A stretch of DNA of 64,000 nucleotides from Candidatus Microgenomatus sp. (lineage in GTDB: Bacteria > Patescibacteriota > Microgenomatia > UBA8517): contig DYGT01000006.1 of NCBI GenBank assembly GCA_020724555.1, positions 1,649 to 65,648 on the forward strand. Reading direction: 5' to 3'. The notes below the pieces were generated by a model that was not told the DNA's origin, searched no databases, and worked only from the letters and a program-made list of their open reading frames with translations. Shown here one piece after another: positions 45,450-53,568 of the stretch. The stretch's first letter is position 1, and each line of letters opens with the position of its first letter. Made by a program: the position numbers and the translations under genes.

Positions 45450-46010
45450 TTACGAAGACAACAATTCTTTCTCTTTTGTTTCCCCTATATCTTCAATAGA
45501 TTTTGTAAAATTATCGGTTATTTCCTGTAATCTTTTTTCAGATGCAAACTTTTCGTCCTCGGATATTTCCTTATTTTCATAAGCATCTTTTATATCTTTC
45601 ATTGCGTTTGTCCGAATCTGCCGAAGCATAATTTTACCGTTCTCCAGTTTGGTACCAAGAAGTTTAACATATTTCTCACGGTCTTCGGTAGTCAGGGGTG
45701 ACATAGTAATTCTAATAATTTCGCCATCGATAGATGGATTAAAACCGGCGTTACTTGCCAGTATACCTTTTCTTATTTCACCAATTACAGATTTATCCCA
45801 TGGTGAAATTACTAAAGTTTGGGCATCGGTTGCAGTAATAGAAGCCAGTTCGTTAAGCTTCATTTTTTGTGTTCCGCCGTAAGCATCTATACTAATATCC
45901 TCAACTAAAGATGGAGCTGCACGGCCAGTACGGATAGAAGATATGTCATTTTTTACCATAGATACCACCTCTTCCATTTTTTGCTTTACTTGATTATCGT
46001 CCATTTTCAA
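45450..46010 (-). CDS. frr: Ribosome recycling factor
   Basis: RRF signature ...SIRTGRAAPSLVEDISIDAYGG...; frr-tsf-rpsB synteny. Confidence 0.9.
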   Translation of the reverse strand: MKMDDNQVKQKMEEVVSMVKNDISSIRTGRAAPSLVEDISIDAYGGTQKMKLNELASITATDAQTLVISPWDKSVIGEIRKGILASNAGFNPSIDGEIIRITMSPLTTEDREKYVKLLGTKLENGKIMLRQIRTNAMKDIKDAYENKEISEDEKFASEKRLQEITDNFTKSIEDIGETKEKELLSS

Positions 46011-46036
46011 TCCAATTATACCAAATAATTACACAG

Positions 46037-46501
46037 TTAAACGCCAATTTCAATGCGTGTAAAGCGCCCCAACTTTATATTTTCACCGGTTTTTGTAATA
46101 ACCTCTTTAATTTTATCTTCCACTTTTACACTGGGGTCTTTTATAAAATCCTGGGCTAGTAGTTCCTTTTTATCTTCTGGGTTCATGGATGCAATTTGAA
46201 GTGCTATATCATTGGCTAAATTTTTAAACAGATCGTTTTTAGCCACAAAATCTGTTTCGCAAAGAAGCTCGACCAAAACCGCAACTCTGCCAGTGTAATG
46301 GCTGTAGGCAACGACTATCCCCTGCCCGGTTTCCCGGCCTTCGCGCTTACTCACTTTGGCAAAACCTTCTTCTTTTAAAGCTTTTAATGAAGCTTCTTCA
46401 TCTCCATTTTTTTCCACCAAGACCTCTTTAACGCGAGCCATAGGAGCCCCCGATTCTTCTCTGAGCCGCCGGATCATGTCAGCTGTAATTTTTATTGCCA
46501 T
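46037..46501 (-). CDS. tsf: Elongation factor Ts (short form)
   Basis: MAIKITADMIRRLREESGAPMARVKEVL (UBA-like N-terminus of EF-Ts); start placed at this Met, which abuts the rpsB stop. Confidence 0.85.
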   Translation of the reverse strand: MAIKITADMIRRLREESGAPMARVKEVLVEKNGDEEASLKALKEEGFAKVSKREGRETGQGIVVAYSHYTGRVAVLVELLCETDFVAKNDLFKNLANDIALQIASMNPEDKKELLAQDFIKDPSVKVEDKIKEVITKTGENIKLGRFTRIEIGV

Positions 46502-46502
46502 T

Positions 46503-47237
46503 TTATTTTTTAGTATTTTTGGGTTTAACTTTTTTACCCTCTGCAATTGCCTCGGATATCAGCTCAAGTGCATACTCCAATGATTTGGCGGCATCGTCGT
46601 TCATGGGTATCACCCAATCAACATCGTCTGGATCGCCATTTGAGTCTACTATGCCAACTGTCGGGATTCCAAGCTGTTTTGCTTCTTTCACTGCTCCTTG
46701 CTCTTTATGGGTATCAATTATTATCATAAAATCCGGGAGTTCCTTCATTTCCAAAATGCCACCAAACTGGTTTTCCAATTTTTCGATTTTGCGAGCAAGC
46801 TTTAATCTTTCTTTTTTTGTATATCCGCGTTTTTGGGCATTGGCTAATTCATCCTTTAGACCACCTAGTTTATCGATAGAATTTCTAATTTGTTTAAAGT
46901 TAGTGAAGGTTCCGCCAAGCCATCGCTCAGTTACATACCACAAGCCATGTTTTTGGGCTATTTCTTTTGTCTTCTCCCTTGCCTGTTTTTTAGCGCCAAC
47001 GATTAAGATGTTTTTATTTTCGGAGGCTGCTTTTGTAATCTCCGCAAGAGCTTCTTCCATGGCACTTTGAGTTTTTATTAAGTCAAAAACATAAATACCG
47101 TCGCGTACGTCATACATGTACTTTTCCATTTTCGGGTTCCAACGGCGGTATTGGTGCCCGAAATGGGCGCCAACAGCAAGTAATTTTTCTAAATCTATCT
47201 TTGGCATATAATTTTGTTCCTCCTTATTTTCCGCCAT
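46503..47237 (-). CDS. rpsB: 30S ribosomal protein S2
   Basis: LLAVGAHFGHQYRRWNPKM... canonical S2. Confidence 0.9.
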   Translation of the reverse strand: MAENKEEQNYMPKIDLEKLLAVGAHFGHQYRRWNPKMEKYMYDVRDGIYVFDLIKTQSAMEEALAEITKAASENKNILIVGAKKQAREKTKEIAQKHGLWYVTERWLGGTFTNFKQIRNSIDKLGGLKDELANAQKRGYTKKERLKLARKIEKLENQFGGILEMKELPDFMIIIDTHKEQGAVKEAKQLGIPTVGIVDSNGDPDDVDWVIPMNDDAAKSLEYALELISEAIAEGKKVKPKNTKK

Positions 47238-47310
47238 CTGTCAGAAGTAAATCAGGAGGATCTGACTAGATGTGTGTGATGTATCTATTATATGGCAAAA
47301 ATAGATAAAA

Positions 47311-48126
47311 TCAAGCCGTCGGATTTGCTATATCTATTGTTTTTTCTGAAGCGATAATTACATTTTTTAAAAGCTCGGCAATGGTCATAGGGCCAATGCC
47401 CCCAGGGACCGGGGTAATGAGTTTTGCTTTTTGACTGACATCTGTTTGCACCTCTGGTTTAGGAGAACCCACATCTATAACGCTTGCTCCTTTTTTAACC
47501 ATATCTTTGGAAATAATTCCTGCTCTACCCGTTGCCGCAATAATTATATCTGCCTGTTTTAACATTTTGACTTTATCTTTCGTATCCATATCCACCCCGG
47601 CTACGCTATAGCTTTTATCAAGCAAAAACTGCGCAGTCTTGCCACCAACCATCCCTTTGGCACCGACCACGGCAATGCTTGTCTTATCCGAATTAGCGGC
47701 TATTTCAACCACCTCATAGATTGCTTTGACCGTTGGGTGTATATACGGGCTATTTGTACGCAAACCATCTACATCTTTTTCTCTGGCAATAGCTTTTACA
47801 ATTTTTTTTGAATCAATGTTTTTCGGAAGCGGCATTTGGACCATAATCCCATGGACATTACTATCTTTATTTTTTTCTTTTATAAAGTCCTTTATTTCTT
47901 TTGTGGTGGCATTTGCTTCCAAAATACGGATAGTAAAGATAATACCCACGCGCTCAGCTGCTTCTTTTTTTAGTCTAGTATAAATTTTACTGGCTTTATC
48001 ATCACCCGCCAAAATAGTCACTAAATGGGGAAAAATACCATATTGGGACTTTAACTCGCGTACACGGGTACGGATAATGTCCTCTTCCATCCGGGCATGC
48101 GCGCGCCCGTCAAAAATTACAGCCAT
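47311..48126 (-). CDS. folD: Bifunctional methylenetetrahydrofolate dehydrogenase/methenyl-THF cyclohydrolase
   Basis: 271 aa, conserved FolD blocks (GIMVQMPLP, VVGAKGMVGG, TPVPGGIGPMT). Confidence 0.9.
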   Translation of the reverse strand: MAVIFDGRAHARMEEDIIRTRVRELKSQYGIFPHLVTILAGDDKASKIYTRLKKEAAERVGIIFTIRILEANATTKEIKDFIKEKNKDSNVHGIMVQMPLPKNIDSKKIVKAIAREKDVDGLRTNSPYIHPTVKAIYEVVEIAANSDKTSIAVVGAKGMVGGKTAQFLLDKSYSVAGVDMDTKDKVKMLKQADIIIAATGRAGIISKDMVKKGASVIDVGSPKPEVQTDVSQKAKLITPVPGGIGPMTIAELLKNVIIASEKTIDIANPTA

Positions 48127-48158
48127 GGAAAAATTATATCATCTTGAGGCTAAAAGTT

Positions 48159-48449
48159 TTAATCCGGACAATCGGCTAACGCTCCCTCAAGACCAACGTA
48201 CACTAATAATTTGCTCCAAATATCCTCCGGTACTTGTCCGTATATTTTGGGAGCAATTTGATCTCGCAAATATGTGTATAAAACAATGTTTTGGGCGTTT
48301 CGTTTCCCTAAAACCTCAATAAGAAGATCTTTGTATTCATGCTGTTCGAGAAACATCTCTCGCAACCCTGGCTCATAGGGAACATCAAATTGACCAAGAA
48401 ACTCTCTCAAGGCTTTCCAGTCTCCCCCAGATCTTTCTTTTAAAGACAT
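48159..48449 (-). CDS. Hypothetical protein
   Basis: 96-aa ORF between glyA and folD. Confidence 0.4.
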   Translation of the reverse strand: MSLKERSGGDWKALREFLGQFDVPYEPGLREMFLEQHEYKDLLIEVLGKRNAQNIVLYTYLRDQIAPKIYGQVPEDIWSKLLVYVGLEGALADCPD

Positions 48450-48452
48450 TTT

Positions 48453-49769
48453 TTAACTTAAATCTATTGGGAATTTTTTACAAAGCTTTTTTACTTCACT
48501 TCGTATCTCTAATAAAAATTTGTCTTTAACGATATCAGCTTTGAATTTTTTCAAAGTTTTTCTTCTTTGCTCATCGTCTTCTGGCACTTTTTGGGTACCA
48601 ACCCGTTCAACCACGTCGCTCACCCACTTTGCAATCTGTTTCATTTCCCTCTCTTTCATTCCCCGGACAGTTATAGCAGGAGTTCCGAGCCGTAATCCTG
48701 AAGGATAATAAGGTGAACCTGTATCATTAGGAATTGTATTGCGATTAGTAACAATTCCGGCAACCTCCAATGCCCAAGCAACATGCCAACCGGTTGTTCT
48801 TTTATTTCGCAAATCTACCAAAACCAAATGCTTATCAGTACCCCCGCTTATGACCTTAAAACCATATTTCTGTAATTCAGCCGATAGTGTTTTAGCATTC
48901 TTAATCACCTGTTTTGCATATTTTTCAAATCCCGCCGTTTGTGACTTTTCCAAAGCTATCGCTATTCCAGCAATACTGTGCAGATGCGGACCGCCTTGAA
49001 ATCCGGGAAAAATCGAGGCGTCTATAAGTGGCATAAGTTTACTTCTTGCAAAAATTAATGCTGCACGCGGGCCGCGTAAAGTCTTATGGGTTGTCATCAT
49101 CACTACATCGGAATAAGCAAACGGAGATTTATTTACCCCCCCGGCAATAAGTCCTGCCTCATGGCTCACATCAGCTAAATAATATGCACCAACTTCTTTT
49201 GCAATTCTCCCCATTTCAAAATGTTTAATCTCCCGGGGATATGCAGTGCCTCCGGAAATCAGTAATTTAGGTCTAAATTTCTTAGCCTCCTTTTCGATCT
49301 CAGCGTAATTTAACACACCTGTCTTAGGATCAACGTGATAAAAACTAACCTTATATGTTTTTGCCGAACTGGTTATTTTTTTACCCCCGTACTCCCAACC
49401 ATGGCTAAGGTGTCCCCCGTCAGATAAATACATTGACAATATCCTATCTCCGGGTTCCAATAATGCGTTATAAATAGCCAAATTAGCAGGCGTCCCACTA
49501 TAAGCTTGCACATTAACTCCCCACTTTTTAGGATTCAATTTAAAGGCCTTTAGAGCTTGATCCTCGCAATATTGCTCAATCCGATCAACTATTCCCATTC
49601 CCTGGTAGTAACGCTTATTGGGTTGCCCCTCAGCATATTTATGCATTAATACCGACCCAACAGCAGCTCTGACCTCAGGATAGGTATAATTTTCAGAAGG
49701 TATCATCATAAGTGTTTCCGCTTGCCGTTTTTCTTCTTGGGCAATTAAAGACTTGAGGTTTTGATTCAT
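48453..49769 (-). CDS. glyA: Serine hydroxymethyltransferase (housekeeping copy)
   Basis: 438 aa; SHMT signatures GGHLSHG and TTHKTLRGPRAALIF with the PLP-lysine. Confidence 0.9.
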   Translation of the reverse strand: MNQNLKSLIAQEEKRQAETLMMIPSENYTYPEVRAAVGSVLMHKYAEGQPNKRYYQGMGIVDRIEQYCEDQALKAFKLNPKKWGVNVQAYSGTPANLAIYNALLEPGDRILSMYLSDGGHLSHGWEYGGKKITSSAKTYKVSFYHVDPKTGVLNYAEIEKEAKKFRPKLLISGGTAYPREIKHFEMGRIAKEVGAYYLADVSHEAGLIAGGVNKSPFAYSDVVMMTTHKTLRGPRAALIFARSKLMPLIDASIFPGFQGGPHLHSIAGIAIALEKSQTAGFEKYAKQVIKNAKTLSAELQKYGFKVISGGTDKHLVLVDLRNKRTTGWHVAWALEVAGIVTNRNTIPNDTGSPYYPSGLRLGTPAITVRGMKEREMKQIAKWVSDVVERVGTQKVPEDDEQRRKTLKKFKADIVKDKFLLEIRSEVKKLCKKFPIDLS

Positions 49770-49832
49770 GAAAGAATTCTAGCACAAAAAAGGCAATTGA
49801 CCACTTAGATAACAGGATGTAGTATCAAATAA

Positions 49833-50132
49833 ATGAAAGGGCTCCAAAAAGAGGAATTTTCAAAATTATTTTCAGAAACCTTTAAAGAGGTTGTACTACC
49901 AAGCCTGGATAGTATTCAGGAAGATGTTAATGGACTCAAGCAAGATGTTAATGGACTCAAGCAAGATGTTAATGGACTCAAGCAAGATATGGAGGTAGTT
50001 AAAAAAGTATTGTTTAAAGTCGAAGAAAAAATAGATAAACACGATGATCACCTTGAAAGACATGATGTTGAACTCGATAATCACAGAAAAAGATTGACTA
50101 AGTTAGAAAATAGATTGGGAGTGCCTTCTTAA
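49833..50132 (+). CDS. Coiled-coil protein with heptad tandem repeats (QDVNGLK)x3
   Basis: 99 aa; encodes three perfect in-frame QDVNGLK heptads. Confidence 0.45.
   Translation: MKGLQKEEFSKLFSETFKEVVLPSLDSIQEDVNGLKQDVNGLKQDVNGLKQDMEVVKKVLFKVEEKIDKHDDHLERHDVELDNHRKRLTKLENRLGVPS
49921..49992 (+). repeat. Perfect 21-bp tandem repeat (aagatgttaatggactcaagc), about 3.4 copies
   Basis: Three identical consecutive units at 49921-49941, 49942-49962 and 49963-49983, plus a partial fourth; in-frame with the ORF. Confidence 0.9.
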
Positions 50133-50181
50133 GTTGGTTTGCCGGGGACTATGTGTACAACAGGAAATTACAGTGAGCCTT

Positions 50182-50540
50182 TCAACCATTTCTTACCTTC
50201 TCTCCTGGAACATGAAGATAAAGATCTTCCCTTGGTAAACCAAATACCCCATATTCCATCTCTTCCATAAACTTTAGAAAGTCCTCTTTATATCTCAGGT
50301 GTAACTCGCCCACCATTGTAGCAGCGAGGTTTGGGTCAACTCTGTCAAGGTTGCCAAAATCAACTTTCAAGAATCGTCCAACCATAGCTCCAAAAAAGGA
50401 TTCTTCATATTGAGGAAAATCAAAAGTACATACTTGTAGACCAGTTTCCTCCGTGATTCTTGAAGTAAGCAATGCAAGCTGGGTTTTTTGCCGCTTCGGG
50501 CAGTACCCTCAAGAACTATAAACCGACCTCTTTTTGCCAT
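50182..50540 (-). pseudogene. tmk: Thymidylate kinase (tmk) remnant: N-terminal ~115 aa only, with frameshift in a T6/A6 run
   Basis: The ATG (50538-50540) 3 nt after the thyX stop opens MAKRGRFIVLEGTARSGKK (Tmk P-loop LEGxxxxGKST). After a -1 shift at the homopolymer 50484-50489 the reading continues TQLALL...TFDFPQYEESFFGAMVGRFL, which matches the eukaryote/archaeal-type Tmk (RFPERSTEIGKLLSSYL). It then terminates after ~115 aa with no DRY/lid region. Confidence 0.5.
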
Positions 50541-50543
50541 AAA

Positions 50544-52175
50544 TTAAACTAGCCTGCCCTTTCCATATTCATCAAGTTGCCATTTCCAAACAGGCTGGCC
50601 GCACCAACGAACGCCTTCCGGGCACTTTCCTGTGCCAGCCCAAAAAGCCGATGCACAAGGCGCCACAAGTAAATGTTCCGCTTCGGGCAGTAATTTCAAA
50701 ATTTCCTGCGCCTGAGCTATTGATATAAAACCGATTTCTTCTTGGGCCAAGATACAAAGCCGTTGCTTTAAGCGGTGCGCCCAATCGAATAAACTACCAC
50801 TTTCCACAACGCGAATGGCATGGGCATTTGGCAAAAGCGTTAAAGCGGCTTCTTTAGGTACCCCTGTCTCGATAAGTCTTTCAACATTTGTATAAATTTT
50901 TTGCATAATTAAATCATATCTTTCTTTCAATTCGTCATTTTCGCGAATTATCATGGGAGTGATATAGTCAGGCCGCCCGCTATAAGAAGCTTCAATAAAA
51001 GGTGTAGCCCCAGGAGTCATCCTGTGCCTTTGTCTTTGTGAATCTGCCGTATGAGAAAGTTTAGTGGCAAATGTAAGATGGGCCATAAATAAAGATTGTG
51101 TGATTGGGTCCAGCATGCCTGTTTCAAATGTATCTGACAAAACCGTATTTTTTTGTGGGTCTAAAAGTAGTGTCAGAGCCTCTTCATCACTCATCTCACT
51201 TTTAGATTTTTTCAAGACATTTTTTACACTTATAGCTAAAATTTCCGACAAATTACCGGGTGCGTTCAATAAAACACTGTCCCTTCCATCTAAAAATGCA
51301 TCAAATTCTTCGTTCGCACCCAAGACCTGTTGTGTGGTAAAATTTTGTGGCCGTTCAGGTAATACATCCGGCAATTCTTTTAAAAAATTCCCATCGTGTT
51401 TAACAATTTCCTCAACCATTCTGGCTATTACAAAACGTGCTTCATCAGAAAAATTATCCTGTCTGCTCGCACGAAACAGCCTAAGAAGCTGAATTTCGCT
51501 TAAGGTATAAAACATCGTCGTCTTTTGAGCAATTGGCAAAACGTATCTGGCAACCTCCAAACCTACTTTATCTATTTTTGTTTGCAATCTTTCCACTGTC
51601 TTGGGGACTTTCCAACCGGCCGGCGGGTACATCTGTCTTACCCTTCTTTCCACCTCCGGAGGAAGTAGTTCTATTAATTCAAAATATGCATCGTTGGCAA
51701 AATCAGCAGCTTCCAAAAACATTTGCCTTTGCTCTGCTGTTAAATCACCAGGAATTAGGTAAGCCCCTCTTTTCACTTCAGCATAACGTTGGCTTTGCTG
51801 TTCTGCATTGTAAAATCGGACAGCATTAAAAATCTCATGAGTAGCACTCCTGGATAGCCCTTCTAAGTGCCAGGTCATGTAATAATGCATCCTGGTCGTA
51901 TGGTGCCCAGCTTCCAAAGTGCTGTCTGCTACACTGTCTGCTTTTCCACCTTTCCTTTCTGCCATCCGTGTAATACCGGGGTTGTAGCACTGATAGGCAG
52001 TAGACACTGCTACATCGCGCGGACCTAGAGTGGACTCTCCAGTCGGGCTTCCCGACTCAAGGCTTAAAACAACTTGTGGAGGATTTTCCCATTTATTTGC
52101 TAAAGCTAAACATTCTTGTAAATATTCTTGGACGGTTTCTTTATGAGGTTTTTCCCCCTGTCTCTCTCTTTCCAT
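50544..52175 (-). CDS. thyX: FAD-dependent thymidylate synthase ThyX, long tandem-domain form
   Basis: ThyX RHR/serine motif SQRQRHRMTPG in the C-terminal half and a degenerate copy (QQSQRYAEV) in the N-terminal half; 543 aa. Confidence 0.8.
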   Translation of the reverse strand: MERERQGEKPHKETVQEYLQECLALANKWENPPQVVLSLESGSPTGESTLGPRDVAVSTAYQCYNPGITRMAERKGGKADSVADSTLEAGHHTTRMHYYMTWHLEGLSRSATHEIFNAVRFYNAEQQSQRYAEVKRGAYLIPGDLTAEQRQMFLEAADFANDAYFELIELLPPEVERRVRQMYPPAGWKVPKTVERLQTKIDKVGLEVARYVLPIAQKTTMFYTLSEIQLLRLFRASRQDNFSDEARFVIARMVEEIVKHDGNFLKELPDVLPERPQNFTTQQVLGANEEFDAFLDGRDSVLLNAPGNLSEILAISVKNVLKKSKSEMSDEEALTLLLDPQKNTVLSDTFETGMLDPITQSLFMAHLTFATKLSHTADSQRQRHRMTPGATPFIEASYSGRPDYITPMIIRENDELKERYDLIMQKIYTNVERLIETGVPKEAALTLLPNAHAIRVVESGSLFDWAHRLKQRLCILAQEEIGFISIAQAQEILKLLPEAEHLLVAPCASAFWAGTGKCPEGVRWCGQPVWKWQLDEYGKGRLV

Positions 52176-52244
52176 TTTTTAACTATCTTTTTATATCCTG
52201 TAATTTTTAAATTTACAAGAAGAATTTTATGTATAATTAATTAA

Positions 52245-52748
52245 ATGAACAAAAACAAAAAAAGCGGGAAGTATGAACGTCCTAGTTGGGATGATTATTT
52301 CTTGGAAATCATGGAAGTTGTTGGCCGCCGTTCCACCTGCGATCGCGGACGTACAAGCTGTATAATTGCCCGTGATAAGCAAATCCTTTGTACAGGTTAT
52401 GCAGGTGCACCGTCAGGTCTCCCTCACTGTGATGACGTTGGACACCAACTCGAAACTATAACTCATGAAGATGGCACACAAACAACCCATTGTATGCGTA
52501 CAGTCCACGCTGAACAAAATGCCATTTGCCAAGCAGCCAAAACCGGCGTCTCTATAAAAGACGCAACCGTTTATGTAAAAATGACTCCCTGCAGAACTTG
52601 TGCCATGATGTTAATTAATTGCGGAGTAAAACGGGTTTATTGTGAGAAAAAATACCATGCCGGAGAAGAAAGTGAAAAAATGTTCAAAAAAGCCGGAATA
52701 AAACTAGAATATAAATATAAAACTATAGAAAGATATAAAAATCAGTAA
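52245..52748 (+). CDS. dCMP deaminase (cytidine/deoxycytidylate deaminase family)
   Basis: Zinc motifs HAEQNAI and PCRTCAMML; 167 aa. Confidence 0.85.
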   Translation: MNKNKKSGKYERPSWDDYFLEIMEVVGRRSTCDRGRTSCIIARDKQILCTGYAGAPSGLPHCDDVGHQLETITHEDGTQTTHCMRTVHAEQNAICQAAKTGVSIKDATVYVKMTPCRTCAMMLINCGVKRVYCEKKYHAGEESEKMFKKAGIKLEYKYKTIERYKNQ

Positions 52749-52749
52749 A

Positions 52750-53079
52750 TCATCTATTATCTCCACTTCCGCCAAGCTTGTTTCTTTTCATTCTCGACTG
52801 CAGTTTTTCCAAATTTTTTTCAGCAACATGAGATAAGTTTAATTTTAACTCCGTAGAAAGCTGAGCAATATACCATAAAATATCTCCCAACTCTTTCTCA
52901 ATTTCGTTTCTTTTTTCAGGAGTTATCTCACCATTATCATCACGAATTACTTTTTTTATTTTTTCCGCTACTTCTCCAGCCTCACCTGCCAATCCCAAAG
53001 TTGGATAAATATAATTAGCTCCAATATTTGGATAAACTGCAGTTTTTTTAGCTAACTTTTGATATTTATCAAAATCCAT
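52750..53079 (-). CDS. MazG-like nucleotide pyrophosphohydrolase (small single-domain form)
   Basis: GLAGEAGEVAEKIKK and ELGDILWYIAQL (EExxE...D metal-binding helices). Confidence 0.75.
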   Translation of the reverse strand: MDFDKYQKLAKKTAVYPNIGANYIYPTLGLAGEAGEVAEKIKKVIRDDNGEITPEKRNEIEKELGDILWYIAQLSTELKLNLSHVAEKNLEKLQSRMKRNKLGGSGDNR

Positions 53080-53347
53080 ATAATTATTTTACAAACAACT
53101 TTTCTCTGTAATACTTAGCTCAAAGATCAAACCCTGCTCCTTCGGGATTTGTTAATTCTCGCTCCGCCAAATTTTCAACCAACCTGTGTTTTTTTACCAA
53201 CGTTAAAAGAGTATTTGGATCAATAACCATCCATTATTTGTAACAAACCCCAGGGAAAATTGCAATTAAAAATGCGGAGCCGGTGAAGAGACGATATTTT
53301 TATATTTTGTTTTTCGCCTCTTCACCGGTTTGCCTTGCCCATACTAC

Positions 53348-53482
53348 TTATTTCTGATTTGGTTTCTGCTCTTCGCCCTTTTCTTCGCGGTAGACACGCA
53401 GGCCTATCTCGATGTCACCATCACGACGTCGACGCTTTCGACCCTGCCGGAACTTGTTATCCGCTGGGCGTGGTGTATTCAT
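53348..53482 (-). CDS. Small basic protein (44 aa), unknown function
   Basis: MNTPRPADNKFRQGRKRRRRDGDIEIGLRVYREEKGEEQKPNQK with a GGAGG Shine-Dalgarno 7 nt upstream. GC-rich codons unlike neighbours. Too short for the ORF track; the plus-strand track ORF 53330-53527 lies antisense to it. Confidence 0.35.
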   Translation of the reverse strand: MNTPRPADNKFRQGRKRRRRDGDIEIGLRVYREEKGEEQKPNQK

Positions 53483-53568
53483 AAAAAACCTCCAAATGTA
53501 AACAGGGCAAAAGTAAAAGTATTATAACGCTTTTGAGCTAAATTCGCAAAAAAGACTTGTAAAGTATT

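Noticed and set aside
53330-53527. Plus-strand 65-aa ORF from the track
   Set aside because: The opposite strand carries a better-supported 44-aa basic ORF (53348-53482) with a GGAGG Shine-Dalgarno, so the plus-strand ORF is probably its antisense shadow.
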